A stretch of DNA of 64,000 nt from Mobula hypostoma (Eukaryota): positions 99,016,001 through 99,080,000 of the forward strand of contig NC_086107.1 in NCBI RefSeq assembly GCF_963921235.1, given 5' to 3'. Made by a program: the position numbers and the translations under genes. Each line of letters starts with the position of its first letter. Position 1 is the first letter of the stretch. Under the pieces are notes generated by a model. It worked only from the letters and a program-made list of their open reading frames with translations, searched no databases and was not told the origin of the DNA. Shown piece after piece: positions 11,951 through 24,967 of this stretch.

Positions 11951-13110
11951 CACATGGTGAACAAGCCGATCAGATACATAATTGGCTCGGTGGAAGGAGA
12001 GTGTGTATGTGGGGGCGGGGGCGGTGTGGAGGGAGGGCTGTTATTCATATTAGAGACCTGTGAACGGTGTATGTCGCAGGGATCAGTGCTAAGTCCTCTG
12101 TTGTTTGTTATCTATATTAACTATTTGAATGACAATGTTGCTAACAAGGCTAGTAAATTTGTGGCTGACTTCAAAAAGTGGACAGTGGGAAAGGTTATCC
12201 AAGATTGCAACAGGATTGGGATTAACTGGGAAAGTGGGCCAAGGAATGGCAGATGGAATTTAATTCCAATAAGGGGAAGGTATTGTATTTTGGTAAGCTG
12301 AACCAGGGCAGGACTTGCACAGTAGATGGCAGGGCCCTGGAGGATGTTGTGGGACTGAGATCAAGGGATACAAATACACACCATAGTTCCCCAAAAGTGG
12401 CGATGCAGGTAGACAGGATGGTGAAGGAGGTATTTGGTATGTTCTCCTTCCTCAGTCAGGGCACTGAGTACCAGAGATAGGACATGGTGTTGCAACTGGA
12501 CCAGGTGCTGGTGAGACCATACCTAGGAGTATTGTGTAGTTCTGATCACCCGCCTATAGAAAGGATGTCATTAAGCTGGGAAGGGTGTGGAGAAGATTCA
12601 TGAGGACTGGAGGGATTTAAGTTACGAGGAGAGGCTGGGTAGGGTCACTGGGGCAAGGGAGGTTGAGGAGAGACCTTATAGAGGTTTATGAAATCATGAG
12701 GGGCATAGATGATGTTCACTGGGCAGGGGAGTCCAAACCTAGAGGGCACAGGTTTAAGGTGAGGGGGGAATGATTTAAAGGGTCCAGAGGGAACAGGTTT
12801 TTCCACATAGAAGGCGTTTGGTGTATGGAAAGAGTGGTGAGATGGGTGTGATCACTATGTTTAACAGATATTTGGACAGGTTCGTGGAAAGAAAAGGTTT
12901 ACATCAGGGGTTCCCAAGCTGGGGTCCACTGATCGCTCCGTTAATGGGAGGGGTCCATGGCATGAAAAGGGTTGGAAAGCCCTGGTTTAGAGGGATATGG
13001 GCTACACACAGGTGAGTGGGACTAGCTCGCATAGGCAAACTGGTCGGCAATGATGAATTGGGCTGAAGGACTTGTTTTCCTGTTGAAGGACTCTATGATT
13101 CTATCTGACC
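11950..13110 (+). mobile_element. Degenerate CR1 LINE 3' portion
   Basis: SQGSVLSPLLFVIYINYL...SKFVAD and WQMEFN-type motifs, followed by a CR1-type 3' end. Confidence 0.8.
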
Positions 13111-13384
13111 CCTCACTGTCCTGCCCCCCCCATTCATCATTCAGTGTGCTTGGGAGGGGGTGTATGGGATGGTTGAAAGGGGGAACAAAGGGAGAGAGAC
13201 CCGGGGTGAGCCAAAAAAGGTGGGAGAGCAACATGGAGAGTGGGTTACCCAAAACTCATCGTTCATTCCATATTCACCCAGGTGGGGTATAAGGCATCGT
13301 TCTTCAAGTCTGCATTCGCCTTCATCGCGACAGTGGAGAAGGCCAAGGATGCACAGCTCGAAGGGATTCCGCCCCCCCCAACTC

Positions 13385-14190
13385 ACACTGGCTGCAAGGT
13401 GGCTCCTCCACAATCTCCATCAGCCCAGGTGCACCACGAGGCGGTGTGCTTAGCCCCCTGCTCTACTCACTTCATACTATGACTGTGCGGCTAAGCACAG
13501 CTCCAAAGCCATATTGAAGTTTGCTGGCGACACCACTGTTGTAGGCTGAATCAAAAGGTGGTGATGAATTGGCATATGGGGGAGGTTGAAAATCTGTTCG
13601 ACTGGTGCCAGAACAAGCTCTCGCTCGATGTCAGCAAAACCAAGGAGATGATTATTGGCTACAGGAGGAGGAAACCGAAGGTCCGTGAGCCAGTCCTCGT
13701 TAGGTGACCAGCGGTGGAGAGGTGGGATTATCATTTCAGAGGATCTGTCCCAGGGCCAACACGCACAGTAAGTGCTATCACAACGGAGGCATGGCAGCCC
13801 CTTTACTTTCTTAGAAGTTTGTTATCTAAAATGTTGACAAACTTCTATAGATACACAGCGGACAGTATCCTGACTGGTTGCATCACTGGTGTGGAAACAC
13901 CAAAGTCCATGAACAGAAAGCCTACAAAAAGTAGTGAATTCAGCCCAGTCCACTGAGTACGTTTGCAAGATGTACTGCCACAAAACAGCAATATCCATTA
14001 TGAAGGACCCCCCCACACCCAGACCATGCTCTCCTCTCACTGCTGTCACCAGGAGGGTAACAGAGCACCAGGTCCGGCACCAGCTGGTATTACCCTTCAA
14101 TCGTCAGGCTCCTAAACCAGCGTAGGGAACTTCGTTCACCCCAACACTGAACTATGGAGTCACTTTCGAGGACTTTACAGCTCATATCTA
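13385..14190 (+). mobile_element. Degenerate Rex1/L2-group LINE 3' portion
   Basis: GCVLSPLLYSL...KFAGDTTVVG and QPLYFLRSL...NFYRYTADSILTGCIT motifs across frames. Confidence 0.7.
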
Positions 14191-14214
14191 TTTATTGATA
14201 TACAACGTGGAGTA

Positions 14215-14542
14215 AGTGTGGGCACATGGCCAAGTGGTTAAGGCATTGGACTAGCGACCTGAAGGTCGTGAGTTCGAGCCCCAGCCGAGCCAGTGTGTTG
14301 TGTCCCTGAGCAAGGCACTTAACCACACATTGCTCTGCGACGACACTGGTGCCAAGCTGTATGGGTCCTAATGCCCTTCCCTTGGACAACATTGGTGTCG
14401 TGGAGAGGGGAGACTTGCAGCATGGGCAACTGCTGGTCTTCCATACAAACTTGCCCAGGCCTGCACCCCGGAGAGTGAAGACTTACCAGGCGCAGATCCA
14501 TGGTCTCGCAAGACTAACGGATGCCTTAATAATAGAAACAAA
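14215..14542 (+). mobile_element. Full-length tRNA-derived SINE with 13-bp target-site duplication
   Basis: A box TGGCCAAGTGG, B box AGTTCGAGCC, CORE-like GTCCCTGAGCAAGGCACTTAACC and an A-rich tail. ACAACGTGGAGTA occurs at 14202-14214 and 14543-14555. Confidence 0.9.
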
Positions 14543-14555
14543 ACAACGTGGAGTA

Positions 14556-14770
14556 GGCCCTTCCTGCCTTTGAGCTGCACTGCCCAGCGATTCCTCCAGT
14601 TTAATCCCAGCCTAATTACAAGACAATTTACAATGACCGGTTAACCTTACAGTCTTTGGAATGTAGGAGGAAACTGGAGCACCCAGAGGAAACGCACACG
14701 GTCACTGGGAGAACTCCTGGATTGAACCCAGGTCGCTGGTACTGTAATTGCACCAGCCACTCTGCCGCCA
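14556..14770 (-). mobile_element. HE1-like V-domain SINE (host of the 14215 SINE)
   Basis: GGAGGAAACTGGAGCACCCAGAGGAAACGCACACGGTCAC is the reverse V-domain. Confidence 0.7.
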
Positions 14771-15052
14771 TGCTGTTTTTAATATTTATTTATTTATTTA
14801 TTTATTATTTGTTTATGTGCATTGGCACAGTTTGTTTTCTTTTGTACATTGGTTGTTTGTCCATCTCTGTTTGTGGTTTTTCATTGATTCTATCGTGTTT
14901 CTCAGTATTTACTGTGAGTGCTTGTAAGTGACACAATGTTCTGTGTGTGTGGCTCAGATTTCCAGCATCTGCAGATTTTCTCTTGTTAGTGAAGCTCAGG
15001 GTTATACACAGTGGCATACATGCACTTTGATAATAAATTTACTTTGAACTTT

Positions 15053-16005
15053 GAGACGATCGTCCACCTCTTTGTGGCCTGTGTGTTGGCAGAGATGGAC
15101 TGGAAAAGGACATAGTCATCCTTGCTGAGGTTCATCCCAAACACCGAGGAACAAGCAGACGATCTACTGGCTGTTCCCAGGGACACACACTGAAACGGAC
15201 ATTGAGGTCATCAACTCGGGGAAAGATGCGCTGGCGGCCCGAAAGATTGAATTGTCTTTGTTACTTACATCCTTCACATACATGAGCAGTAAAAATCTTT
15301 ACGTTACGTCTTCGTCTAAATCTCAATGTGCAATTTATAGTAATTTGTAATAAATAGTATGTACAACAGGAAAGTCAGTATAGCATAGAAATACAATTGT
15401 ATTAGCATGAATTAATTAGCCTGATGGCCTGGTGGAACAGGCTGTCCCGGAGCCTGTTGGTCCTGGCTTTTACACTGCGGTACCGTTTCCCAGATGGTAG
15501 CAGCTGGAACAGTCTGTGGTGGGGGTGACTTGGATCCCCAGTGATTCTTTGGGGCCTTTTTATGCACCTGCCTCTGTAAATGTCCTGAATAGTGGTAAGC
15601 TCACATCTACAGATATGCTGGGCTGTCCGCACCACTCTCTGCAGAGTCCTGCGATTGAGGGAGGTATAGTTCCCGTACCAGGCAGTGATGCAGCCAGTCA
15701 GGATGCTCTCAATTGTGCCCCTGCAGAAAGTGATGAGGATTTGGGGGCCCATACCAAACTTCTTCCACCGTCTGAGGTGAAAGAGGCGCTGTTGTGCTTT
15801 TTTCACCGCACAGCTTGTGTGTACAGACCACGTGAGATCCTCGGTGATGTGTATGCCAAGGAGCTTAAAGCTGTTCACTCCCTCATCACCAGCACAGTGA
15901 GATACCCCCAACTGGCATATCTCAGGATGCAGGAGTGTGTGCTGAGGGAGACATGGAAACTCAGTGCAGCCTAAGGTTCGGTGGGGAAGGTCCACAGTCT
16001 AAAGT
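15053..16005 (+). mobile_element. Tx1-like LINE 3' remnant interrupted by a Rex1-like insert
   Basis: TIVHLFVAC...RFIPN...IYWLFPGTHTETDI...INSGKDAL (15053-15245) resumes at ~15888 as QHSE...LRMQECVLRETWKLSAA. Confidence 0.55.
15248..15888 (-). mobile_element. Rex1/L2-group LINE 3' end
   Basis: ORF 15402-15995 includes FKLLGIHITEDLTWS, KKAQQRLFHLRR, ESILTGCITAWYG and HPHHRLFQLLPSGKRYRS. Confidence 0.85.
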
Positions 16006-17171
16006 CCCGCTGTAACTGGACACTGCGGAGCTGGGCCCTGTGTCACAGCCATTCGAACACGTTGAGGATACATTGTTTGAGCAGCATGTTGACATATTGC
16101 AGGTATTGTAAGCGAATATAGTCGCCAGGAAATGCAGACATTGCCACGTTCGGTTCGTCTGACTCTCCATGTACTGTGAATGGAGTACGTCTTTTGAACA
16201 GGGTCAGTAGGTCACAGCGAGAGGCCGCATCACAGACCTGCGAACTCTCCGCCTGTCTGATGCTGTGGTCAGTGGGTCACAACCAGATGCCGAGCCCCGG
16301 ACCCGTGAGCTCCCCGCCCGCCTAACGCAGAGGGCCGACTCTGCCCTCGGAGAAACAGCGGAAGCAGGGACAGGAGCGGGCCATTCGACTTGTGACCCTG
16401 GCCCGGCCAATGAGATCGTGGCTGGACCCCCATCCCCCTTCCAGAATATTCTCAGTGACTGACCTCTGATGCACTTTGTAGTCGAGAACCCAATTAAGAA
16501 AACAAATGGCCAGAACCACAGAGAAAGAGGGGAACAGCACGCATCATGGAAACAGTTGATGCAACCGACTGCATTCTAAACCAGACTCAGTCCTTAGATC
16601 CGCTCCTTGGAGCAGCCAGAGTAGTAGGCCCAAGCCTGGATCTCAAGTTCATCACATTAGTGGGGTAAAAATACCTTCCCGTATCCTGACCCTGGAGTGA
16701 AACTGGGTTGTTCATTTCAATGAGATCTCCTCCTGATCTTTCTGAACTCCAGTGGAAACAAGCTAATTGAGCAACGTCTCCTCGCACCATAGACAGCACT
16801 CCCACGTGTCGTCGTGTGACCCTCCTTAGAAAGAAGTCACGCTGAAGATGTAGAATCATTGTGGGTAGAGTGAAGATACTGCAAGGGTGAAAAGACCCTG
16901 ATGGGAGTTATATACAGGCTCTGATCAGTAGCCAGGATGTGGGCTGCAGATTACGAAAGGCATGCAATAACAGCAATGTTGCGATAATCATGGGGGATTT
17001 CAATATGCAGGTAGATTGGGAAAATCCAGTTGGTGCTGAATCCCAAAAGAGGGAATTTGAAGATTGCTTACAAGATAGATTTGAGCTCACTAGGGAACTG
17101 GGTGTTATGTAATGACCCAGATTTGACTGGGAAGTTTAAGGTAAAGGAACCGTTAGGAGGCAGATATAATA

Positions 17172-17893
17172 TCATAGTCATAGTCATAGTCATACTTTAT
17201 TGATCCCGGGGGAAAATTGGTTTTCATTACAGTTGTCGTAAATAATTAAATAGTAATAAAACCATAAATAGTTAAATAGTAATATGTAAATTATGCCAGG
17301 AAATAAGTCCAGGCCCAGCCCGTTGGCTCAGGGTGTCTGACCCTCCAAGGGAGGAGTTGTAAAGTTTGATGGCCACAGGCAGGAATGACTTCCTATGACA
17401 CTTACTGTTGCGTCTCGGTGGAATGAGTCTCTGGCTGAATGCACTCCTGTGCCCACCCAGTACATAATGTAGTGGATGGGAGACATTGTCCAAGATGGCA
17501 TGCAACTTGGACAGCATCCTCTTTTCAGACACCACCGTCAGAGAGTCCAGTTCCATCCCCACAACATCACTGGCCTTACGAATGAGTTTGTTGATTCTGT
17601 TGGTGTCTGCTACCCTCAGCCTGCTGCCCCAGCACACAACAGCAAACATGATCGCACTGGCCACCACAGACTCGTAGAACATCCTCAGCATCGTCCGGCA
17701 AATGTTAAAGGACCTCAGTCTCCTCAGGAAATAGAGACGGCTCTGACCCTTCTTGTAGACAGCCTCAGTGTTCTTTGACCAGTCCAGTTTATTGTCAATT
17801 CGTATCCCCAGGTGTTTGTAATCCTCCACCATGTCCATACTGACCCCCTGGATGGAAACAGGGGTCACCGGTACCTTAGCTCTCCTTAGGTCT
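17172..17893 (-). mobile_element. Rex1/Babar-like 3' end (near-identical to 1005-2203), inserted in CR1
   Basis: ORF 17272-17868 is open and nearly identical to the first copy, with the same (GACTAT)n tail. Confidence 0.9.
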
Positions 17894-18254
17894 CCTGAGG
17901 TAATATATTAGAATTCACCCTGCAGTTTGAAAAGGAGAGGTAAAATCAAACGTAACAGCATTACAGTGTACAGGGAATTACAGAGGGATGAGAGAGGAAC
18001 TGGCCAAAGATGATTGGAAGGGATGATGGCACAACAGCAATGGCTGGAGTTTCGGGGAGATTCGGAAGGCACAGGAAAGATACATCCCGAAGATGAAGAA
18101 ATATTCTATAGGGAGGATGAGGCAACCATGGCTGACAAGGGAAATCAAAGACAGCACAAAAGCAAAAGAGAGAGAGAGAGAGAGAGAGAATAAAATACAG
18201 CAAACATTAGTGGGAAGGCAGGGGGATTGGGAAGCTTTCTTTACAGATTTCATC

Positions 18255-18700
18255 ACCTAGGTTACAGAGAAAGGTTGAACAAGTTGGGTCTTTATGCTTT
18301 GGAACGTAGAAGGTTGAGGGGGGACTTGATAGAGGTGTTTAAAGTTATGAGAGGGATTGATAGAGTTAACGTGGATAGGCTTTTTCCATTGACAGTGGGG
18401 GAGATTCAAACAAGAGGACATGAGTTGAGAGTTAAAGGGCAAAAGTTTAGGGGTAACATGAGGGGGAACTCCTTTACTCAGAGAGTGGTAGCTGTGTGGA
18501 ACGAGCTTCCAGCAGAAGTGGTTGAGGCAGGTTCGATGTTGTCGTTTAAAGTTAAATTGGATAGATATATGGACAGGAAAGGAGTGGGGGGTTATGGGCT
18601 GAGTGCAGGTCGGTGGGACTAGGTGAGAGTAAGAGTTCGGCACAGACTAGAAGGGCCGAGATGGCCTGTTTCCATGCTGTAATTGTTATATGGTTATATG
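18255..18700 (+). mobile_element. Short CR1 3' end of a different subfamily, nested in CR1
   Basis: ORF YRERLNKLGLYALERRRLRGDLIEVFK...FTQRVVAVWNELP, with a (GTTATATG)2 tail. Confidence 0.85.
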
Positions 18701-21034
18701 GAACAGAAGGCAACAAAAAAACCATTAAAGAGAGAAAAGAGGAAACATGAAGGGAAGCTAGCTAATAATATCGAAGAGGATATGAAATTTTTTTTCAGCT
18801 ATACTGTAGAAAGAGTAAAAGGAGATGAGAGTGGATATTGGACTGCAGGAAAATGAGGTAATAATGGGGGAACAAAGAAATGGTCAATGAGCTTAAAAGT
18901 ATTTTGCATCAGTTTTCACTGTGGAATGTGAGGAATGTGAGACAGTGGGGGGCAGTTGCTATGACTACAGAGAAGGTGCTTGGGAAGCGAAAGGTTTGAA
19001 GGTAGATAAGTCACCTGGATCAGATGGACTACACCCCAGGGTTCTGAAAGATGAGGTTGAAGAGATTGTGGAAGCATTAGTAATGCCCTTCCAAGAATCA
19101 TTAGATTCTGGAAGGTTTCCTGAGGACTGTAAAATAGCAAATGTCACTCCACTCTTTAAGAAGGGAATGAGGCAGGAAATTATAAGCCTGTTAGCCTAAC
19201 TTCAGTGTTTGGAAAGGTGTTGGAGTCCATTGTTAAGGATGAGGTTTTGGGGTACTTGGAGGCACACGATAAAATGGATCAGAGTCAACCATGGTTTTCT
19301 AAAGTGGAGATCTTGCCTGACAAACCTGTTGGAATTTTTTGAGGAAATAACAGGAAGAATAGACAAAGGAGAGTCAGCGGATGTTGTTTATTTGGGGCCC
19401 TTTTGTCTTTGGCTGTTTGTGACTAGTGGCGTTCTGCAGGGGTTGATGTTGGCACCACTTCTTTTCATGTTGTATGTCACTGATTTGGATGAAGGAATTG
19501 ATGGCTTTGTGGCCAAGTTTGCAGATGCTACAAAGATAGGTTGGGGGGGGGCATGTAGTGCTGAGGACCCAGGGTGCCTGTGGATGGACTTGGACAGATT
19601 GGAGGAATGGGCAAAGAAGTGGCAGATGGAATATAATGTAGGGTAGTGCATGGTCATGCACTTTGTCAGAGGGAATAAAAGCTTGGGTTTATTTTCTCAA
19701 AAGGGAGAAAATTCAGAAATCCGAGGTGCAGAGGGACTTGGGAGTTCCTGTGCAGGATTCCCTAAAGGTCAACTTGCAGGTTGAGTTAGAGGTAAGGAAG
19801 GCCAATGCAATGTTAGCATTCATTTGGAGAGGGCTAGAATACAAGAGCAAGGATGCAATGCTGAGGCTTCAGAGGCTTAGGCCAGCTGCATTTGGAGTAT
19901 TGTGAGCAGTTTTGGGCCACTTATCTAAGAAATGTGCTGGCATTGGAGAGGGTCGAGAGGAGGTTCACAAGCATTTGCTAGCTCTGGGTCTGTACTCGCT
20001 GGAGTTTAGAAGTACGGGGAGGGGGTGTGTGCGTGGGGATCCCATTGAAGCCTACTGAAAGGCCTAGAGTGGATGTGGAGAGGATGTTTCCTATAGTGGA
20101 GAAGTCTAGGACCAGAGGGCACAGCCTCAGAACTGAGGGATGTCCATTTAGAACAGGTGAGGAATATTTTTTGTGGAATTCATGGCCACGGATGGCTATG
20201 TAGGCCAAGTCATTGGGTATATTTAAGGCAGAGGTTGATAGGTTCCTGACTAATCAGGACGTCAAAGGTTACGGTGAGAAGGCAGGAGGATGGGGTTGAG
20301 AAGGATAACAAATCAGCCATGATGGAATGCAGAACGGACTTGATGGGCCGAATGGCCTAATTCAGCTCCTATGTCTTATGGTCTTATAATAAACGTTAAA
20401 GTTTGTGGAGAGTAACAAGATGTACCAGCAGCTGATCTTAAAACCCATCTCGAAAAATTTCCTCACAAATCCTCCTCATCCCAAACTAACTGTTGTTCAG
20501 AATCCAGTATGTGTCATTGGATCAAACCGAACTGTTCTTTGTTAAACGTTTCACTCATTTCAATTCAAATTCTAAGAGGCAAAGTTTTTATTCTTTGGGT
20601 TGAGAGAATAAGTAAAGAAGGAGCGGAAAGTCGAAGCCTGTGTCTGCAGGCCTAAGTCTGAGTTCAAAAGTTCAAAGTTCAAAGTACATTGATTATTGAA
20701 GTGTGTTTACATTATACAACCTTGAGATTCGTCTCTTAACAGGCAGCTATGAAACAAAGAAACCCAAAAGAGCCCATTAATAAAAGACCGTCAAACACCC
20801 AATGTGCAAATAGAAAAAAAACATCATGCCCACAAAAAAGGAACCGGTAAAACTAAAAGAACCCATTTAAATAAAAGACCATTGGCCATCCAATATGCAG
20901 AGAGGAAAGAAATACAAGCAAATAGCAATCTGAACTGAACACAGGCAAGTGAGTCCCACATTTCAGCAATAGTTGAGCGCAGAACCAAGTCGGGGAGCAG
21001 CGATCTGAACCAGCTCGACCCTCACCTTGGGCCC

Positions 21035-21264
21035 TGAAGCACCTTCAATTACTCCAAAAGACTGAGGTTTGGTAAAAATACTGAAAGGCTTTTATTCGCT
21101 GTACAATACGACCTCCACAGTGAGTGTCTGCCCCCGGACTGAGGGGGAGGGGCAAGGCGAACACCTTTATACAGGACTCTGTGGGAGGAGCCACAGGGGC
21201 AGTCAGCAGAGGGGTGTGTCCAGACAGGTAACCGAGTTACAACATATATACATGGTTTACCACA
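21035..21264 (-). repeat. 3' LTR (TG...CA)
   Basis: Minus strand reads TGTGGTAAACC...TATAAAG...AATAAA...GTGCTTCA. It differs from the 5' LTR by 4 substitutions and 1 indel by eye. Confidence 0.95.
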
Positions 21265-21282
21265 TTCACCCCTCCTTTTTTT
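21265..21282 (-). promoter_or_regulatory. Polypurine tract
   Basis: AAAAAAAGGAGGGGTGAA lies immediately upstream of the 3' LTR on the minus strand. Confidence 0.85.
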
Positions 21283-21333
21283 AAAAAGAGTCCCGCGGGG
21301 TGAAGTGACTGACAATATTTACAAGAAGTATAT

Positions 21334-24300
21334 TTACAGGTTAAGTCTATCAGGCGGTCGAGTCCGTCGCTGTGATCGACGTAGCACCGGCGGTGATTGC
21401 ACCGGCGATGGCGGTTGTGCTGGCTCCGGCCTGACTTCAGGTGCCAGCACGTTAGGCGTCGGTAGTCCCTCGTGCGTGTGCGTCGCGCCCGGTATGGGAG
21501 TGTCGTGTGGTGTCTGTATAGGGTTTGGGGTGCACGGTGCCTCGTAGGTACATACATTAGTGGGTACGGGGTCAATAGTCACCACGGAGTGTTCAGGGTA
21601 GGGGCCCAGAGCTCCTGCGAGCGCCAGGTCGCGGATGGAGACCGTGTCCTCCCGTCCATCAGGTAAAACCACGTAGGCATACTGGGGGTTTGCATGAAGT
21701 AAGTGAACCCTCTCGACCATCGGGGAGTATTTATTGCTCCTCGCATGTTTCCGAAGCAGCACTGGCCTCGGGGACGTCAGCCAAGATGGTAGGGTGGTTC
21801 CAGTGGTCGATTTTCTGGGAAAAGAAAAGAGCCGCTCATGGGGGGTGGCATTGGTGGCTGTGCATAACAGGGAGCGGATGGAGTGGAGTGCCTCGGGAAG
21901 GACCTCCTGCCAGTGGGAGACCGGCAGTCCCTTTGACCTGAGGGCTAAGAGTGTGGCTTTCCACACTGTGCCATTCTGCTTCTCTACCTGTCCATTCCCC
22001 CGGGGATTATAGCTCGTGGTCCTACTGGTCGCAATTCCCCTAGCCAGTAGATATTGGTGCAGCTGGTCACTCATAAACGAGGACCCTCTGTCACTATGGA
22101 TATAGCACGGGTATCCGAACAGAGTGAAGAGCTTGTGCAGGGCTTTTATAACTGACGTGGTAGTGGTGTCAGGGCAGGGGATGGCGAAGGGGAACCGCGA
22201 GTACTCGTCGATAACGTTAAGAAAGTACACATTGCGGTCGGTGGAGGGAAGGGGGCCCTTAAAGTCAACACTCAGTCGCTCAAAGGGGCGGGTGGCCTTG
22301 ATGAGTGGTGCCTTTTCGGGTCGGTAGAAGTGCGGTTTGCACGCTGCGCAGACTTGGCAGTCCCTGGTCATCATCCTGAACTCCTCAAGGGAGTAAGGCA
22401 GGTTCTGGGCTTTCACGAAGTGGAAAAGCCGGGTGACTCCCGGGTGGCAAAGGTCTACATGTAGGGCGTATAGCCGGTCGATCTGCGCGCTGGCGCATGT
22501 TCCCCGGGATAGGGCATCGGAGGGCTCGTTGAGCTTCCCAGGCCTGTACATGATGTCATAGTTGTAGGTGGAGAGTTCGATTCTCCACCTCAGAATTTTA
22601 TCATTTTTGATTTTGCTCCGCTGCTGATTATTAAACATGAACGCGACTGAGCGCTGGTCAGTTAGCAGGGTGAACCTTTTGCCGGCAAGATAGTGCCTCC
22701 AGTGCCTTATAGCTTCCACTATGGCCTGGGACTCTTTCTCTACCGCAGAGTGCCGAATTTCAGGGCCTTGAAGGGTACGGGAGAAGAACGCCACTGGTCT
22801 TCCTGCCTGGTTGAGGGTAGCAGCCAGCGCAAAGTTGGAGGCGTCACTCTCTACTTGGAAGGGAATGGCCTCATCCACCTCATGCATTGCTGCTTTGGCA
22901 ATGTCCCCTTTTATGCGGTTGAAGGCCGCGTGGGCCTCGGCAGAGAGGGGGAATGTGGTGGACTTGACCAGGGGGCAGGCCTTGTCTGCATAGTTAGAGA
23001 CCCATTGGGCGTAATATGAAAAGAAGCCCAGGCACCCTTTGAGGGCTCTGAGGGTATTGGGAAGAGGGAGTTCCAACAGGGGGTGCATACGGTCGGGGTC
23101 AGGGCCAATGACTCTGTTCTCCATGACACACCCAAGGATAGCAAGTTGGGTGGTCCCAAATACACACTTGTCCTTGTTATAGGTGAGGTTGAAAGATTTG
23201 GCCGCTTGGAGAAATTTTTGGAGGTTGTTGTCGTGATCCTGCTGGTCATGACCGCAGATGGTGATGTTATCCAGATATGGGAACGTGGCCTTCAGTTGGC
23301 ACTGGCCCACCATCTGGTCCATTGCCCTCTGGAAGACAGATACACCATTCGTGACACCGAAGGGGACGCGCAGGAATTGATAAAGCCTGCCGTCCACCTC
23401 GAAGGCAGTGTAAGGGCAGTCCTACCCGCGGATGGGGAGCTGATGGTAAGCGGATTTTAGGTCTATGGTCGAGTACACCTTGTACTGTGCTATCTGATTG
23501 ACGATATCCGCGATGCGGGGTAGAGGGTACGCGTCGAGCTGCGTGAACCTATTGATGGTCTGGCTATAGTCCACGACCATCCTATTCTTCTCCCCGTTCC
23601 GAACAACCACCACCTGCGCCCTCCAAGGACTTGTGCTTGCCTCAATGACCCCCTCCCTGAGCAGCCACTACACCTCCGACTTAATGAAAGCTCTGTCCCC
23701 CGCGCTGTACCTCCTGCTTTTCGTTGCCACAGGTTTACAGTCGGGGGTCAGGTTGGCGAACAGCGGTGGGGGAGGGATCCTGAGGGTGGAGAGGCCGCAA
23801 GTGGTGTCGGTAGTGTGGCAGTTGGCATGGTGTTGGGTGGGATGTGCGGGTCGGTGTGTGTGTGTGGTCAGTAGCGGGGTACGTGACATATCTCTACAAA
23901 ACAGGGGATTTATGACAGTAATTGGCGGGAGGGGCCCATCATACTTCATTGTCACGCTTTTCAGGTGGCTCTGGAAGTCCAACCCCAACAGCACAGGGGC
24001 ACACAGTTGAGGCAAGACCAGTAACGTAAAGTCCCGATATTCTGTGCCCTGCACCACTAGCGTCACTGCACAACCCCCCCCGGATGTCTGTTGTATGCGA
24101 CCTGGAGGCAATGGTGACCCTCCGACTTACCGGCCGTATCATGAGTCCACAATGCTGCACCGTGGCCGGGTGGATAAAACTCTTCGTGCTGCCTGTGTCA
24201 AACAGGCAGTTTGTCCTGTGCCCCTCCACCAGGATTTCCATCATTGACCTTGCGAGCTGGTGGGGAGCGCTTTGGTCGAGGGTCACGGAAGCCAGGGTGG

Positions 24301-24967
24301 GGTCACTGTCTTGGTCCGGCGCGGTGGGGTGCCCCTTGAGCACCCATTGGTCGTAGGCGGTGGGAGGTGGCGCCGACCAAGATGGCGGCCCCCATGTCTC
24401 GCACGTGGTGGCAGCCGAGGTCGATTCGCCGGCAGGTTGCGGGGTCTGCGGCACCCACGAGGCCATCGGGGGATCGCGTGCCTGGAGAGCCTCGGAGTTA
24501 TGCAGAGCGGCCTCCAACGTATCAGCCAGCTCCATCGCTGAATTTAGGGTAAGATCGGCTTTTTCCAGCAGCCGCTGGCGTACGTACACTGACCTGGTCC
24601 CCGTAACGAAGGCGTCTCTCACTAGGAGTTCTGCGTGCTGCGCCACCGTCAGCTCCTGGCAATTGCAGGCCCGCACGAGCGTCCGTAGGGGCTGGACAAA
24701 CTCAGCACTCGATTCTCCGGACCGTTGTTGCCGTGTCGCTAAGCGATGCCGAGCATAGACGCTGTTTATCGGCCGCAGGTATTGTCTTTTGAGTGCGTTC
24801 ATCGCGCTGTCGTAGTTCGGCTGGTCTCTGATCAGCGAATAAACCCGTGGACTGATCCTGGAGCGTAGAACTCTGCGCTTCATTACGGGGTCGGTCGCTT
24901 TAATCTCCTCTAGATACGCTTCGAAGCAGGCCAGCCAGAGTTCGAAAGCATTTCCAGCGTCAGGCAT
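21334..24967 (-). pseudogene. Disrupted gag-pol polyprotein of the Gypsy element
   Basis: Motifs: gag LVRDAFVTG; protease LFDTGS; RT RMVVDY, IDLKSAYHQL, PFGVTNG, YLDN; RNase H SDAS, EKE, TDQ, DALSR; integrase HHCC and D-D-E (VDF, SDRG, VEK). ORFs 23668-24111, 23422-23613 and 21334-23397 share one frame separated by two TAG stops. One frameshift lies near the C-run at ~24075. Confidence 0.93.

Larger units (their letters stand above)
16855..20390 (+). mobile_element. Long degenerate CR1 LINE (endonuclease to 3' UTR) with two nested inserts
   Basis: Endonuclease-like IIMGDFN region (~16985), then KSPGSDGLHPRVLK, ANVTPLFKKG, SCLTNLLEFFE and AKFADATK. 3' tail CCTATGTCTTATGGTCTTAT at ~20370. Confidence 0.85.

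Noticed and set aside
14218..14290. Possible tRNA gene
   Set aside because: It is the head of a SINE with body, tail and TSD, and a second copy lies at 5026-5342.
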